Shown here: piece by piece, positions 54,661 through 63,236 of the stretch
Position numbering within the stretch: position 1 is the stretch's first letter
Layout: each line of letters begins with the position of its first letter
Origin: Burkholderiales bacterium
Lineage (GTDB): Bacteria > Pseudomonadota > Gammaproteobacteria > Burkholderiales > SG8-39
Direction: 5' to 3'
Assembly (NCBI GenBank): GCA_046347635.1
Contig: JAXMFT010000005.1
Coordinates: 513 to 64,512 of the forward strand
Length of the DNA stretch: 64,000 bases
Notes under the pieces: generated by a model
The model's database searches: none
The model's input: the letters and a program-made list of their open reading frames with translations, nothing else
Told to the model about the DNA's origin: nothing
Position numbers and translations under genes: made by a program

Positions 54661-56214
54661 CTACTCGCCGGTCGCCCGGCGCAGCGCGGCCATCACCGGC
54701 GCGCTCATCTCGCGCGCGAACGACTCCAGCGCCGCCGCGTCGCGCGACTTCGCGTCCGGCTGCCGGGTGTGGATCACGATCACCGCCGAGTGGTCCGGCG
54801 CGAGCGACACCTTCGCCAGCCCGAGCAGCGCCTTGGCGACGGCGTCGCTCGCGGTGAACCGGCCGTTCACCCAGTACCAGGCGCGCGCGTCGACGAACGC
54901 CCCGCCGCCGCTGATCAGCGCCGTGCGCGCGGTGACGTCGTCGGCCCCCCACCGCAGCGGCGCGCGCCCCTCGTCCACCTTCACCCAGTGGTCGTCCTTG
55001 GGCGTCACCAGCTCGTTGCGCGACACGATCAGCTCGCGCCCCTGCGCCTGCGCGCTGTAGAGCGCGACGAACACCCCGACGGTGCGGCCGTCCTTCTCGA
55101 ACCACTGGTGCCGCTGGCTCTGCGCGTCCAGGTAGTGCGGGGTCCACGCCGGCTGCGGCCCCGGCACCGCCCGCCACCCGGCCGCGCCCGCGATCGGCGG
55201 CAGCGGCGCGGCCGCGACCTGCGAGCGCGCGTCGACCGCGGCGGTGATCGGCCGCCACGCGATCCCCAGGGCGAGCGCGAGCCCGAGCGCGAGCGCCACC
55301 GGCCCGGTCAGGCGCGGAGGCGCGAGCGTAACCGGCGCCCAGCGCAGCGTCGCGGCGGCGCGCGGCGCCTCGTCGTCGCGCCAGTAGGCGCCGATCCAGA
55401 ACATCGCCATCATCACGAGGCCGAAGAAGATCCAGCCGTAGATGATGTGGTCCACGCCGGCCGCGAGGCGGTTGTTGGTCAGGTGGCCGAGCATCACGAT
55501 CAGGTACGCGCGCATCCAGTTCGCCACGATCGGCACGACGATCGACACGGCGAAGAACGCCGCGCGCTTGCGCGCCGTGCGGTAGGTGAGGTGGGCGTAG
55601 AGCGCGCCGACCATCATCGAGGCGATCAGGTAGCGGATGCCGCTGCAGGCCTCGACCACCGACCAGCGCCCGCTCGGAATGGCGAAGTGGTTGCCCTCGC
55701 GGTACACCGGCACGCCGGAGGCGCGGATCGCCGCGATGGTGAAGTCGGCGGTGCGGTCGATCAGGACCGGCACGAGGAACTCCCCGAACGGGACCGCGAA
55801 CGCGAGGAACGCGAGCGGGAACGCGATCTCGCGCGCGATCGGCAGCCCGAGGACCGCGACCAGCGCCCCCACCAGCATGAAGTAGAGCGCGAACTGCTCC
55901 AGCCCGAGCACGCCGGCCAGGTGGCCGAGCATCCAGGCGCAGCCCGCGGCCGCCACGACCGCGAGCGCCGGCCAGCACGGCTGGACGGGCAGGCGCGCGA
56001 GCACGTCGCGCTTGCGCCAGACGAGCCACAGCACGATCGGCACGACGACGTAGCCGTGCGCGAAGGTCTCCGCGCGGCGCCAGATCGCCTCGATCGACAC
56101 CGCGGTGGGCCAGAAGGCGGCGAGGAGGCCGAGAACCGCCAGCGCGGCGGCGAGCGCCGCGACGCGGGCGCCGCCGACGGCGGCCTCCGGCTCGAAGTGG
56201 GTCTCGGTCTTCAT
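54661..56214 (-). CDS. xrtA: Exosortase A fused to an EpsI-family domain
   Basis: ATG 56214..56212 in the frame of ORF 54661..57297 (517 aa). WSVVEACSGIRYLIASMMVG (catalytic Cys), VANWMRAYLIVMLGHL (Arg/His), 8 or more TM segments. The C-terminal ~200 aa (WTPHYLDAQSQRHQWFEKDGRTVGVFVALYSAQAQGRELI...WYWVNGRFTASDAVAK) is EpsI-like. Confidence 0.9.
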   Translation of the reverse strand: MKTETHFEPEAAVGGARVAALAAALAVLGLLAAFWPTAVSIEAIWRRAETFAHGYVVVPIVLWLVWRKRDVLARLPVQPCWPALAVVAAAGCAWMLGHLAGVLGLEQFALYFMLVGALVAVLGLPIAREIAFPLAFLAFAVPFGEFLVPVLIDRTADFTIAAIRASGVPVYREGNHFAIPSGRWSVVEACSGIRYLIASMMVGALYAHLTYRTARKRAAFFAVSIVVPIVANWMRAYLIVMLGHLTNNRLAAGVDHIIYGWIFFGLVMMAMFWIGAYWRDDEAPRAAATLRWAPVTLAPPRLTGPVALALGLALALGIAWRPITAAVDARSQVAAAPLPPIAGAAGWRAVPGPQPAWTPHYLDAQSQRHQWFEKDGRTVGVFVALYSAQAQGRELIVSRNELVTPKDDHWVKVDEGRAPLRWGADDVTARTALISGGGAFVDARAWYWVNGRFTASDAVAKALLGLAKVSLAPDHSAVIVIHTRQPDAKSRDAAALESFAREMSAPVMAALRRATGE

Positions 56215-56219
56215 GCGTC

Positions 56220-57467
56220 TCAGGCCGCCCGCAGCGCGCCCGTCGGGCGCCCGGCCCCGGCGGGCGCGGGCGCCGCCGCGCCGTCCACCAGGCGCGCCAC
56301 GAGCTCGAGGCTGCGCGTCCAGGGGTAGTCGCCCAGCACGCGCGCGCGCGCCGCCTCGCCCAGGCCCGGCCGCTCGCCCGCCAGCGTCCGGCTCACGTGC
56401 GCGGCGAACTCGCCGGCGTTCGCGGCGACGAGGAGCTCGGCGCCGGGCACGGCCGTCAGCGCCGCCGCGCACTCGGCGCTCGCCACCACCGGCCGCTGCA
56501 TCGCCATCGCCTCGAGCACCTTGTTCTGCACGCCGCGCGCGATGCGCAGCGGCGCGACCACGACCGCGGCGTGCTGCAGGTAGGGCCGCGTGTCGGGCAC
56601 GCGCCCGGTCACGGCCACGGCGGGATCGCGCGCGAGCGCCTGCACCGCGGGCAGGGGGTTCATGCCGACGACGTGGAACCGGGCGCGCGGGTGCGCGCGC
56701 AGGACTGCCGGAAGAACCGCGGACGCGAACCAGCACGCCGCGTCGACGTTCGGCCAGTAGTCCATCGCGCCGGTGAACACCACCGGCAGCTCGTCGCGCG
56801 CGAACGGCCGCGGCAGGGCCGCGTCGGGTGCGAAGTGCGCGCCGTCCACGCCGTTCGCGACGACGTGCACGCGGGCCGCGGCGCCGGGGGCGCGCGCGGC
56901 GAACAGCGCCTTCTCGGCCGCGGTCACCAGCAGACTGGCGTCGAACGCGCCGGCCGCGGCCGCCTCGAAGCGCAGCAGCCGGTCGGCCTCGCGCCGATAG
57001 ACCCACGCCGCCGGCCCGCGCCGCCCGGCGGCGTACTGGCGCCACTTCTCGGAGTCCACGTCCACCAGGTCCAGCACCCGCCGCATGCCGGCGTGCGCCA
57101 GCACGTACTGCGCCATCGCGGCGGAGAACACGAAGCCGCGCCGGATCCCCTCGCGCGCGACCGTCGCGTCCACCCACCGCTGCAGCGCGGCGGAGCGGTA
57201 GTACGGCAGGGTCAGCGCCTCGCCGGTCGCGAAGCCGGCGAGGCTCGCGATGCGGCGCCGGCGCGGCGCGAGGGGCAGCGCGCAGACGTCCGCGCACAGC
57301 GCCTGCAGCGCGGCCACGTGCCGCCGGTCCGCCGGGTCGTCCACGAACGTGCCGAGGAAGACGCGGTGGCGCGCCGCCAGGTGCCGCAGCAGGTGGAAGG
57401 AGCGGATCTTGTCGCCCTTGTCGGGCGGGTACGGAATGCGGTGGGCGAGGAAGAGGAGCGGTTCCAT
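56220..57467 (-). CDS. Sugar transferase of the PEP-CTERM/EpsH1-associated type
   Basis: 415-codon ORF. MEPLLFLAHRIPYPPDKGDKIRSFHLLRHLAARHRVFLGTFVDDPADRRH; VAPLRIARGVQNKVLEAMAMQRPVVAS. Confidence 0.85.
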   Translation of the reverse strand: MEPLLFLAHRIPYPPDKGDKIRSFHLLRHLAARHRVFLGTFVDDPADRRHVAALQALCADVCALPLAPRRRRIASLAGFATGEALTLPYYRSAALQRWVDATVAREGIRRGFVFSAAMAQYVLAHAGMRRVLDLVDVDSEKWRQYAAGRRGPAAWVYRREADRLLRFEAAAAGAFDASLLVTAAEKALFAARAPGAAARVHVVANGVDGAHFAPDAALPRPFARDELPVVFTGAMDYWPNVDAACWFASAVLPAVLRAHPRARFHVVGMNPLPAVQALARDPAVAVTGRVPDTRPYLQHAAVVVAPLRIARGVQNKVLEAMAMQRPVVASAECAAALTAVPGAELLVAANAGEFAAHVSRTLAGERPGLGEAARARVLGDYPWTRSLELVARLVDGAAAPAPAGAGRPTGALRAA

Positions 57468-57471
57468 CGCC

Positions 57472-58545
57472 CTACCCCAGCCCGCGCACGATGTGCGGCC
57501 CGAGCGCGTTCGCCACCGGCAGCGGCAGCCGCCGCCAGAGCGCGATCATCGCTTTGTACTTGGGGTTCGACGGGTTGTGCTGCGGCACCGCGCCGCCCTT
57601 GCGCAGCGCGAACTCGTAGTGCAGCGGCGCCGGCTCGAAGCCCCAGTTCTTCTTGAAGGCGAACGACCCGGTGTCGCGCTTGCTCCGCCCGTAGTCGAAC
57701 ACGCGCAGGCCGCGCTCGCACGCGCGCCGCATCAGCTCCCAGTACTTGAAGTCGTTCGCCGCCAGCTCGCGCGCCGCGACCGCGTCGCCGGCGTAATACG
57801 GCAGCACCTCGTCGCGGAAGTAGAAGCTGAGCACGCTCGACACCGGCGCGCCGGCGGGGTCGAGCACGGTGAGCACCTCGACGTCGCGCCCGAAGACGCG
57901 CCCGAGCGCCTCGAAGTAGCGCCTGGGCATCGGCGGCGAGCCGTGCCGGTGCATGTTGTCCGCGTAGAGCGCGAAGAAGCGGTCGACCGTCGAATCGATC
58001 TCGCTCTTCAGGCCGCGCGCGAGGCCCTTGCGCACCATCGCGCGCTGCTTGCGCGGGATGGCGAGCAGGTTCGCCTCCGGGTCGGGCAGGAGCTCCCTGC
58101 GGAAGGTGACGTACAGGTCCTGGCGCGGCCAGCCGGGCTCGCGCGCCGCGCGGTTGCGCAGCTCGAGGTGGTCGACGCCGAGCTCGTCGGCGAGCGCGCG
58201 CGCGGCCGCGTGCAGCGCGGGCACCGCCGCCGGGTCGGTCGCCGCGACCCCGCCGTACACGCAGAAGGGCAGCGACGCGAGCGCGTGGCCGAAGAGCCGG
58301 CTCTTCACCTCGCCGAGCGGCAGCACGCCGACGAGCGCCCCGTCGCGCTCGGCGAGGAGGTAGTGCGCGCGGTGGCGGAACACCGACTCGAGGATCTCGC
58401 GCCACCCCGCGCGGTGGAAGAACGTGGCCTCCGGGCAGCGCTCGACGAACGCGTCCCAGCGGGCGAGGTCGTCCGTGCCCGCGCGCCGCACGCGCAGCGC
58501 GCCGCTCGCGGCGCCCGGGGGCAGCTCGGCCGCGCTGAGCTGCAT
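57472..58545 (-). CDS. FemAB-family protein, PEP-CTERM-locus type
   Basis: ATG 58545..58543 in the frame of ORF 57472..59331. TFFHRAGWREILESVF, LPFCVYGG, DFKYWELMRRACERGLRVFDYGRSKRDTGSFAFKKNWGFEPAPLHYEF. Confidence 0.85.
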   Translation of the reverse strand: MQLSAAELPPGAASGALRVRRAGTDDLARWDAFVERCPEATFFHRAGWREILESVFRHRAHYLLAERDGALVGVLPLGEVKSRLFGHALASLPFCVYGGVAATDPAAVPALHAAARALADELGVDHLELRNRAAREPGWPRQDLYVTFRRELLPDPEANLLAIPRKQRAMVRKGLARGLKSEIDSTVDRFFALYADNMHRHGSPPMPRRYFEALGRVFGRDVEVLTVLDPAGAPVSSVLSFYFRDEVLPYYAGDAVAARELAANDFKYWELMRRACERGLRVFDYGRSKRDTGSFAFKKNWGFEPAPLHYEFALRKGGAVPQHNPSNPKYKAMIALWRRLPLPVANALGPHIVRGLG

Positions 58546-59405
58546 CACGCCGCCGCGCCGAGGAACACGCGGTCCACCCGGTCCCAGTGGAAGTCGCGCA
58601 GCAGCCGGCGCAGCCGGTGCTCGGTCCGGCGCAGGTTGAGGTAATGGCGCACGCGCGTCTTCACGCCCGCACCCTTCACGCGCGGCTGGTCGGGGTCGAG
58701 CTCCCAGGGGTGGAAGTAGAAGATCGCGGGCTGCTCGTCCTTTTCGTTCACGCGCCTGATCGACCACTTCGACACGCCGTAGGGCAGCAGGCGGAAGTAG
58801 CCGCCCCCGCCCGCGGGGAAGTTGCGGTCGAGGAAGCGCGTGGTGGTGATGGGCAGCTCGAGCAGGTCGGGGCGCGAGCGGTAGGCGAAGCGCGGCGCGT
58901 CCGGCACGCCGTAGTGGTCGTGGCGGATCGGGTAGATGCTCGAGCTGTAGCGGTAGCCCGCCGCGCGGATGCAGTCGTGCGCCCACTCGGTGTCCGCGCC
59001 GATCGAGAAGCTCGGCGCGCGGTAGCCGCGCACCGCCACCCCGGCGACGTCCTCGAGGATCGCCTTCGCGAGCTGGATGTCGGCGTGGAACGCGTCGCGC
59101 TCGAGCTCGTTCACCCGGTCGTGCGCGTAGCCGTGGCTCGCGATCTCGTGCCCGGCCGCGGCGATGCGCCGCACCGCCTGCGGGTAGCGCTCGGCGATCC
59201 AGCCGAGGGTGAAGAAGGTGGCGTGCGCGTCGGCCTCGTCGAGCAGCGCGAGGATGCGGTCGACGTTGCGCTCGACCCGGCACGGCGTCTCGTCCCACCG
59301 CGCGCGCGGGACCCAGGGCGCGAGCGCCCACACCTGGAAGTAGTCCTCGACGTCCACGGTGAGGGCGTTGACGACGACGCGGCGGGCCTTGATCGGGGCG
59401 CGCAC
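58545..59405 (-). CDS. Polysaccharide deacetylase, PEP-CTERM-locus subfamily
   Basis: 286-codon ORF. NALTVDVEDYFQV, FFTLGWIAERYPQAVRRIAAAGHEIASHGYAHD, GGGYFRLLPY. Confidence 0.9.
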   Translation of the reverse strand: MRAPIKARRVVVNALTVDVEDYFQVWALAPWVPRARWDETPCRVERNVDRILALLDEADAHATFFTLGWIAERYPQAVRRIAAAGHEIASHGYAHDRVNELERDAFHADIQLAKAILEDVAGVAVRGYRAPSFSIGADTEWAHDCIRAAGYRYSSSIYPIRHDHYGVPDAPRFAYRSRPDLLELPITTTRFLDRNFPAGGGGYFRLLPYGVSKWSIRRVNEKDEQPAIFYFHPWELDPDQPRVKGAGVKTRVRHYLNLRRTEHRLRRLLRDFHWDRVDRVFLGAAA

Positions 59406-59409
59406 GGCC

Positions 59410-60573
59410 TCACGCCCCCTGCTTCACGCCGCGCGCGGCGAGCCACGCGCCGAGGTGCGCCGCGATGCGCCCGGCCGCGTGCCCGTCCCACAGCTCCGGC
59501 GCGCGGCCGCGCTTGCCGCCGCCGGCGAGGATCTCGTCCACGAGGCGCAGCGTCAGCGCGCGGTCGCGGTCGACGATGGTGTTCGTGCCCTCGTCGACGG
59601 TGATCGGGCGCTCGGTGCTCGCGCGCATCGTCAGGCACGGCACGCCGAGCGCGGTGGTCTCCTCCTGCACGCCGCCGGAGTCGGTGAGGACGACCGCCGC
59701 CTGCGCCATCAGGCCGAGCATCTCGAGGTAGCCCTGCGGCGGCAGCACGGCGATCGCCGCGGTCTCGAGCAGCGCGCTCAGGCCGAACCGCTCGACGTTG
59801 CCGCGCGTGCGCGGGTGCAGCGCGCAGACGAGCGGCAGCTTGCCGGCGGCCGCGCGCAGGATCTCGAGGCACTCGCGCAGCGTCTCCGGGCGATCGACGT
59901 TGGCCGGGCGGTGCAGCGTGACCACGCCGAACGCGCGGCCCGCGCGCACGAACTGCGCGTCGAGGCCGGCGCGCGCGAGGGTCTCCCGCGGCGGGACGAC
60001 GCGCGCGAGGTTCGCGCGCAGCGAGTCGATCATGACGTTGCCGGCGAAGACGATGCGCTCCGCGGGGATGCCCTCGCGCGCGAGGTTGCCCGCGGCCGAG
60101 CGCTCCGTCGTGTAGAGCAGGTCGGAGATCTGGTCGGTGAGGACGCGATTGATCTCCTCGGGCATGGCGCGGTCGAAGCTGCGCAGGCCGGCCTCCACGT
60201 GCACCACCGGCACGTGCTTCTTGACCGCGACCAGGCCGCACGCGAGCGTGGAGTTGACGTCGCCCACGACCAGCACCGCGGAGGGCCGGAACTCGTCCAC
60301 GATCGGCTCGAAGCGCCGCATGATCTCCGCGGTCTGGACCGCGTGCGTGCCGGAGCCCACCTCGAGGTTGAGGTCCGGGGCCGGCAGGCGCAGGTCGGCG
60401 AAGAGCCGGTCGCTCATCGACGCGTCGTAGTGCTGGCCGGTGTGCACCAGCACCGCGCGCGGCAGCTCGGGCGCGCGCGCGAACGCGGCCAGCAGCGGCG
60501 CCATCTTCATGAAGTTCGGCCGCGCGCCGACGACGCACAGCACCGGCCCGGCCAGCGCGGGGTTCGCGCCCAT
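59410..60573 (-). CDS. wecB: UDP-N-acetylglucosamine 2-epimerase (non-hydrolysing)
   Basis: 387-codon ORF. RPNFMKMAPL, VLVVGDVNSTLACGL, VVHVEAGLRSFDRAMPEEINR, LHPRT, VLTDSGGVQEETTALGVPCLTMR. Confidence 0.9.
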   Translation of the reverse strand: MGANPALAGPVLCVVGARPNFMKMAPLLAAFARAPELPRAVLVHTGQHYDASMSDRLFADLRLPAPDLNLEVGSGTHAVQTAEIMRRFEPIVDEFRPSAVLVVGDVNSTLACGLVAVKKHVPVVHVEAGLRSFDRAMPEEINRVLTDQISDLLYTTERSAAGNLAREGIPAERIVFAGNVMIDSLRANLARVVPPRETLARAGLDAQFVRAGRAFGVVTLHRPANVDRPETLRECLEILRAAAGKLPLVCALHPRTRGNVERFGLSALLETAAIAVLPPQGYLEMLGLMAQAAVVLTDSGGVQEETTALGVPCLTMRASTERPITVDEGTNTIVDRDRALTLRLVDEILAGGGKRGRAPELWDGHAAGRIAAHLGAWLAARGVKQGA

Positions 60574-60583
60574 CGCCGCCGCC

Positions 60584-61612
60584 TCAGCCCTTGCGCGCGC
60601 CGCGCGCCTGGTTCTCGCGCTCGATCAGCGTGTGCACCAGGCCCACCGTGGAGTGCAGCAGCCGCTCCAGGCGGGTCACGCGCTCCTCGAGCTTCGCGAA
60701 GTCCGACTCCGTCGCGCGGATCTGGCCGATCGGGACCGGCAGGTTGACCGCCGGCGCGGCCGCCGCCGCGGGCGCGTTCGGGTTGGTCACCGTCTCGGGG
60801 CCGAGCTCCCGCTGGATCTCGTTCGCCACCGCGCGCACGTCGGCGGCGGCGAGCTGGTGCTTCTCGCCGAGGTACCCGGCGAGCAGCACCCGGTTGCAGA
60901 TCAGGTTCACCCGCCGCGGGATGCCGCCGGAGGCGGCGAAGATCGCCTCGAAGGCGCCGGCGTCGAGCGCCGGGTCGCCGCTCCAGCCGACGTGCTTGAG
61001 CCGGTGCTCGATGTAGGCCTGGGTCTCGGGGCGGTCCATCGGCCCGAGGTGGTAGGAGGCGATCACGCGCTGGCGCAGCTGCTGGAGCTGCCCGCTGTGC
61101 AGCACCTGGCGCAGCTCCGGCTGCCCGACGAGGAAGCTCTGCAGGAGCGCGCGGTTCTCGAGCTGGAAGTTCGACAGCATGCGCAGCTCCTCGACCGCGC
61201 GCGCGGTCAGGTTCTGCGCCTCGTCCACCACCAGCAGCGCGCGCTTGCGCTCGGGCACCAGCGAGACGAAGAACGCCTCCAGGTTGGCGAGGAGCTGGGC
61301 CTTGTCGGGCGTGCGCGCGGGCACGCCGAAGGCGGTGGCCACCGCCTTGAGCAGGTCCTCGGCGTCGAGCTGCGTGGTGACGATCTGCGCGGCCACGACC
61401 TTGTTCGGGTCGAGGCGCTTGAGGAGGCTGCGCACCAGCGTGGTCTTGCCCGCCCCGACCTCGCCCGTGACGACGATGAAGCCCTCGCTCTGGTACAGGC
61501 CGTACTGCAGGTACGCGTACGCGCGCGCGTGGCCGCGGCTCGCGAAGAAGAACTCCGGGTCGGGGTTGAGCTGAAAGGGCTTCCCGTTCAGCCCGTAGAA
61601 GGCTTCGTACAT
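60584..61612 (-). CDS. AAA ATPase of the PEP-CTERM-locus secretion type (ExeA/GspA-like)
   Basis: 342-codon ORF. MYEAFYGLNGKPFQLNPDPEFFF, VVTGEVGAGKTTLVRSLL (Walker A), ALLVVDEAQNL (Walker B). Confidence 0.85.
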   Translation of the reverse strand: MYEAFYGLNGKPFQLNPDPEFFFASRGHARAYAYLQYGLYQSEGFIVVTGEVGAGKTTLVRSLLKRLDPNKVVAAQIVTTQLDAEDLLKAVATAFGVPARTPDKAQLLANLEAFFVSLVPERKRALLVVDEAQNLTARAVEELRMLSNFQLENRALLQSFLVGQPELRQVLHSGQLQQLRQRVIASYHLGPMDRPETQAYIEHRLKHVGWSGDPALDAGAFEAIFAASGGIPRRVNLICNRVLLAGYLGEKHQLAAADVRAVANEIQRELGPETVTNPNAPAAAAAPAVNLPVPIGQIRATESDFAKLEERVTRLERLLHSTVGLVHTLIERENQARGARKG

Positions 61613-61622
61613 CGCTGCGCTT

Positions 61623-63194
61623 TCAGAAGCGGTGGTTGAGGCCGACGTACACCGTGAAGGCGGTGTAGTCGTTCGTGAGGTTGGAGTCGAAGTCGGTGTA
61701 GGTGAGGCCGGTGACGCCGTCGGTCTTCGGGCTGAGCTGCGTCCCGGCCGACACGAGGAAGGCGTTGGTGGTCGATTTTCCGGCGAGCGGCGCGGTCGCC
61801 ACCGTCTCGTAGCGCGTCGCGGTCGCGTTCAGGCTGGTGAAGGGCGTCAGCTGGTGGCTGTACGTGATCGCCCCGCCGCGCTGGGTGTTGTTCTGGCCGA
61901 AGCTGAGCTGCGGCGGCAGCGCGGCGCCGGTGCCGCCCGAGATCGCCTCCTGCTTGCGGTTGTACACGGTGAACGCGGTCGAGTTGCGCACGCCGACTAG
62001 CGTGAAGGTCGCCGACACCTGCTCGTACAGGATCACCTGCTGGATGTAGTAGTTGAGCGGGCTCTGCAGCGTCGCGGGCAGGCCGCTGGTGGCGAGGAAC
62101 TGCTGCACCGCCTGCGCGCGCTGGACCGGGTCGGGGATCCGGGTGGTGAAGAGGGCGTTGAGCAGCCCGGCGATGTTGCCGCCCGCCGGCGCCGCGAAGA
62201 GCTGCTGCGGGTAGGTCGAGATGTCGCGCGAGGCGTTGACGTCGAACGCGGTGAACGGGTTGCGGTGCGTGACCTGGGCGAGGTAGGACGACCCGAAGAA
62301 GCGCTCCTGCCAGTTGCCCTTGACCAGCGTGCGCTCGGTCGGCCGCCACTCGCCGCCGCCGCCGTAGACGATGTTGTCCGACTGCGTCAGGTAGTAGTTG
62401 TTCCACTCGTAGCCGCCGATCGCGTACACGAGCACCTGCGGGTCGGGGCGCCAGTTGAGGTAGCCGCGCACGATCTCGCTGCTCGTGTTCCGCTCCTGCT
62501 CCTTGAAGGACGTGGTCGTCGCCGACGCGTCGGCGCTCCACCCGAAGGTGCGGATGGGCGAGTCGAGCCGGCCGGACCACACCTGCGTGAACGACGAGGT
62601 CGATCCCGGCGCGTTCTGCACCTGGCCGAGGTTGCTCCAGATGCTGTCGCTGCGCAGGAGGTAGGTGGTGCCGCCCGGGAACACGCCGCGGATGTACGGG
62701 CTCAGCCGGAACCCGACGGACGTGTAGCGGTTGTTCGTGACGCCGATGTTGCTCGCGGGCGTGGGCGCGAACGGCGAGAGGTACGACTGGCTGACGTTGG
62801 CGGCGCCCTCGATGAAGAAGAACTTCTCGATCGCCTCGACGCTGCCGAGCAGGTTCGCGTTGACGAAGATGTTCTGGCTGCCGGAGTTCGTGTTGTAGTC
62901 GCCGGCGTAGTAGTTCCCCGACACGCCGAGGTTGCCGTTGAGCTGGACGCGCGCCCCGTTGCCGGCGATGCCGAGGTTGGCGCCGAGGGTGGTGACGAGG
63001 CTCGACTGCGCCTGCCCCGAGGATGCGAGGTTGGCGTTGTCGGTGTAGGTCTCGCGCACGCTCACCGACGGCGTGAGGCGCCAGGTCTCCGCCCCGGCCG
63101 GAGTCGAAACGACCCCGGTCGCGGAACCCAGCACGAGCGCTGATTCGGCCGCAATCACCTGGAACGTCCTGAGCCTCGATCCGCTCGCCGTCAC
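61623..63194 (-). CDS. PEP-CTERM-system-associated outer-membrane beta-barrel protein
   Basis: 523-codon ORF. Signal-like N-terminus, alternating-hydrophobicity strands throughout, C-terminal ...TAFTVYVGLNHRF (aromatic terminal residue typical of OMPs). Confidence 0.8.
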   Translation of the reverse strand: MTASGSRLRTFQVIAAESALVLGSATGVVSTPAGAETWRLTPSVSVRETYTDNANLASSGQAQSSLVTTLGANLGIAGNGARVQLNGNLGVSGNYYAGDYNTNSGSQNIFVNANLLGSVEAIEKFFFIEGAANVSQSYLSPFAPTPASNIGVTNNRYTSVGFRLSPYIRGVFPGGTTYLLRSDSIWSNLGQVQNAPGSTSSFTQVWSGRLDSPIRTFGWSADASATTTSFKEQERNTSSEIVRGYLNWRPDPQVLVYAIGGYEWNNYYLTQSDNIVYGGGGEWRPTERTLVKGNWQERFFGSSYLAQVTHRNPFTAFDVNASRDISTYPQQLFAAPAGGNIAGLLNALFTTRIPDPVQRAQAVQQFLATSGLPATLQSPLNYYIQQVILYEQVSATFTLVGVRNSTAFTVYNRKQEAISGGTGAALPPQLSFGQNNTQRGGAITYSHQLTPFTSLNATATRYETVATAPLAGKSTTNAFLVSAGTQLSPKTDGVTGLTYTDFDSNLTNDYTAFTVYVGLNHRF

Positions 63195-63236
63195 TCCCCC
63201 GCCCTTTGTGGCTCCGTATCCTTGTTGTGTCCCGCC

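Noticed and set aside
40628-57297. Other oversized tracked ORFs (40628..42694, 42631..44841, 46721..48925, 48088..49986, 49194..50822, 50417..52738, 54661..57297, 57472..59331, 39096..41153, 53036..54220 and others)
   Set aside because: Each is a genuine gene whose frame stays open upstream through the neighbouring gene, or is purely antisense. True starts were chosen at ATG/GTG codons that give family-typical N-termini and ATGA/GTGA overlaps with the neighbouring stop.
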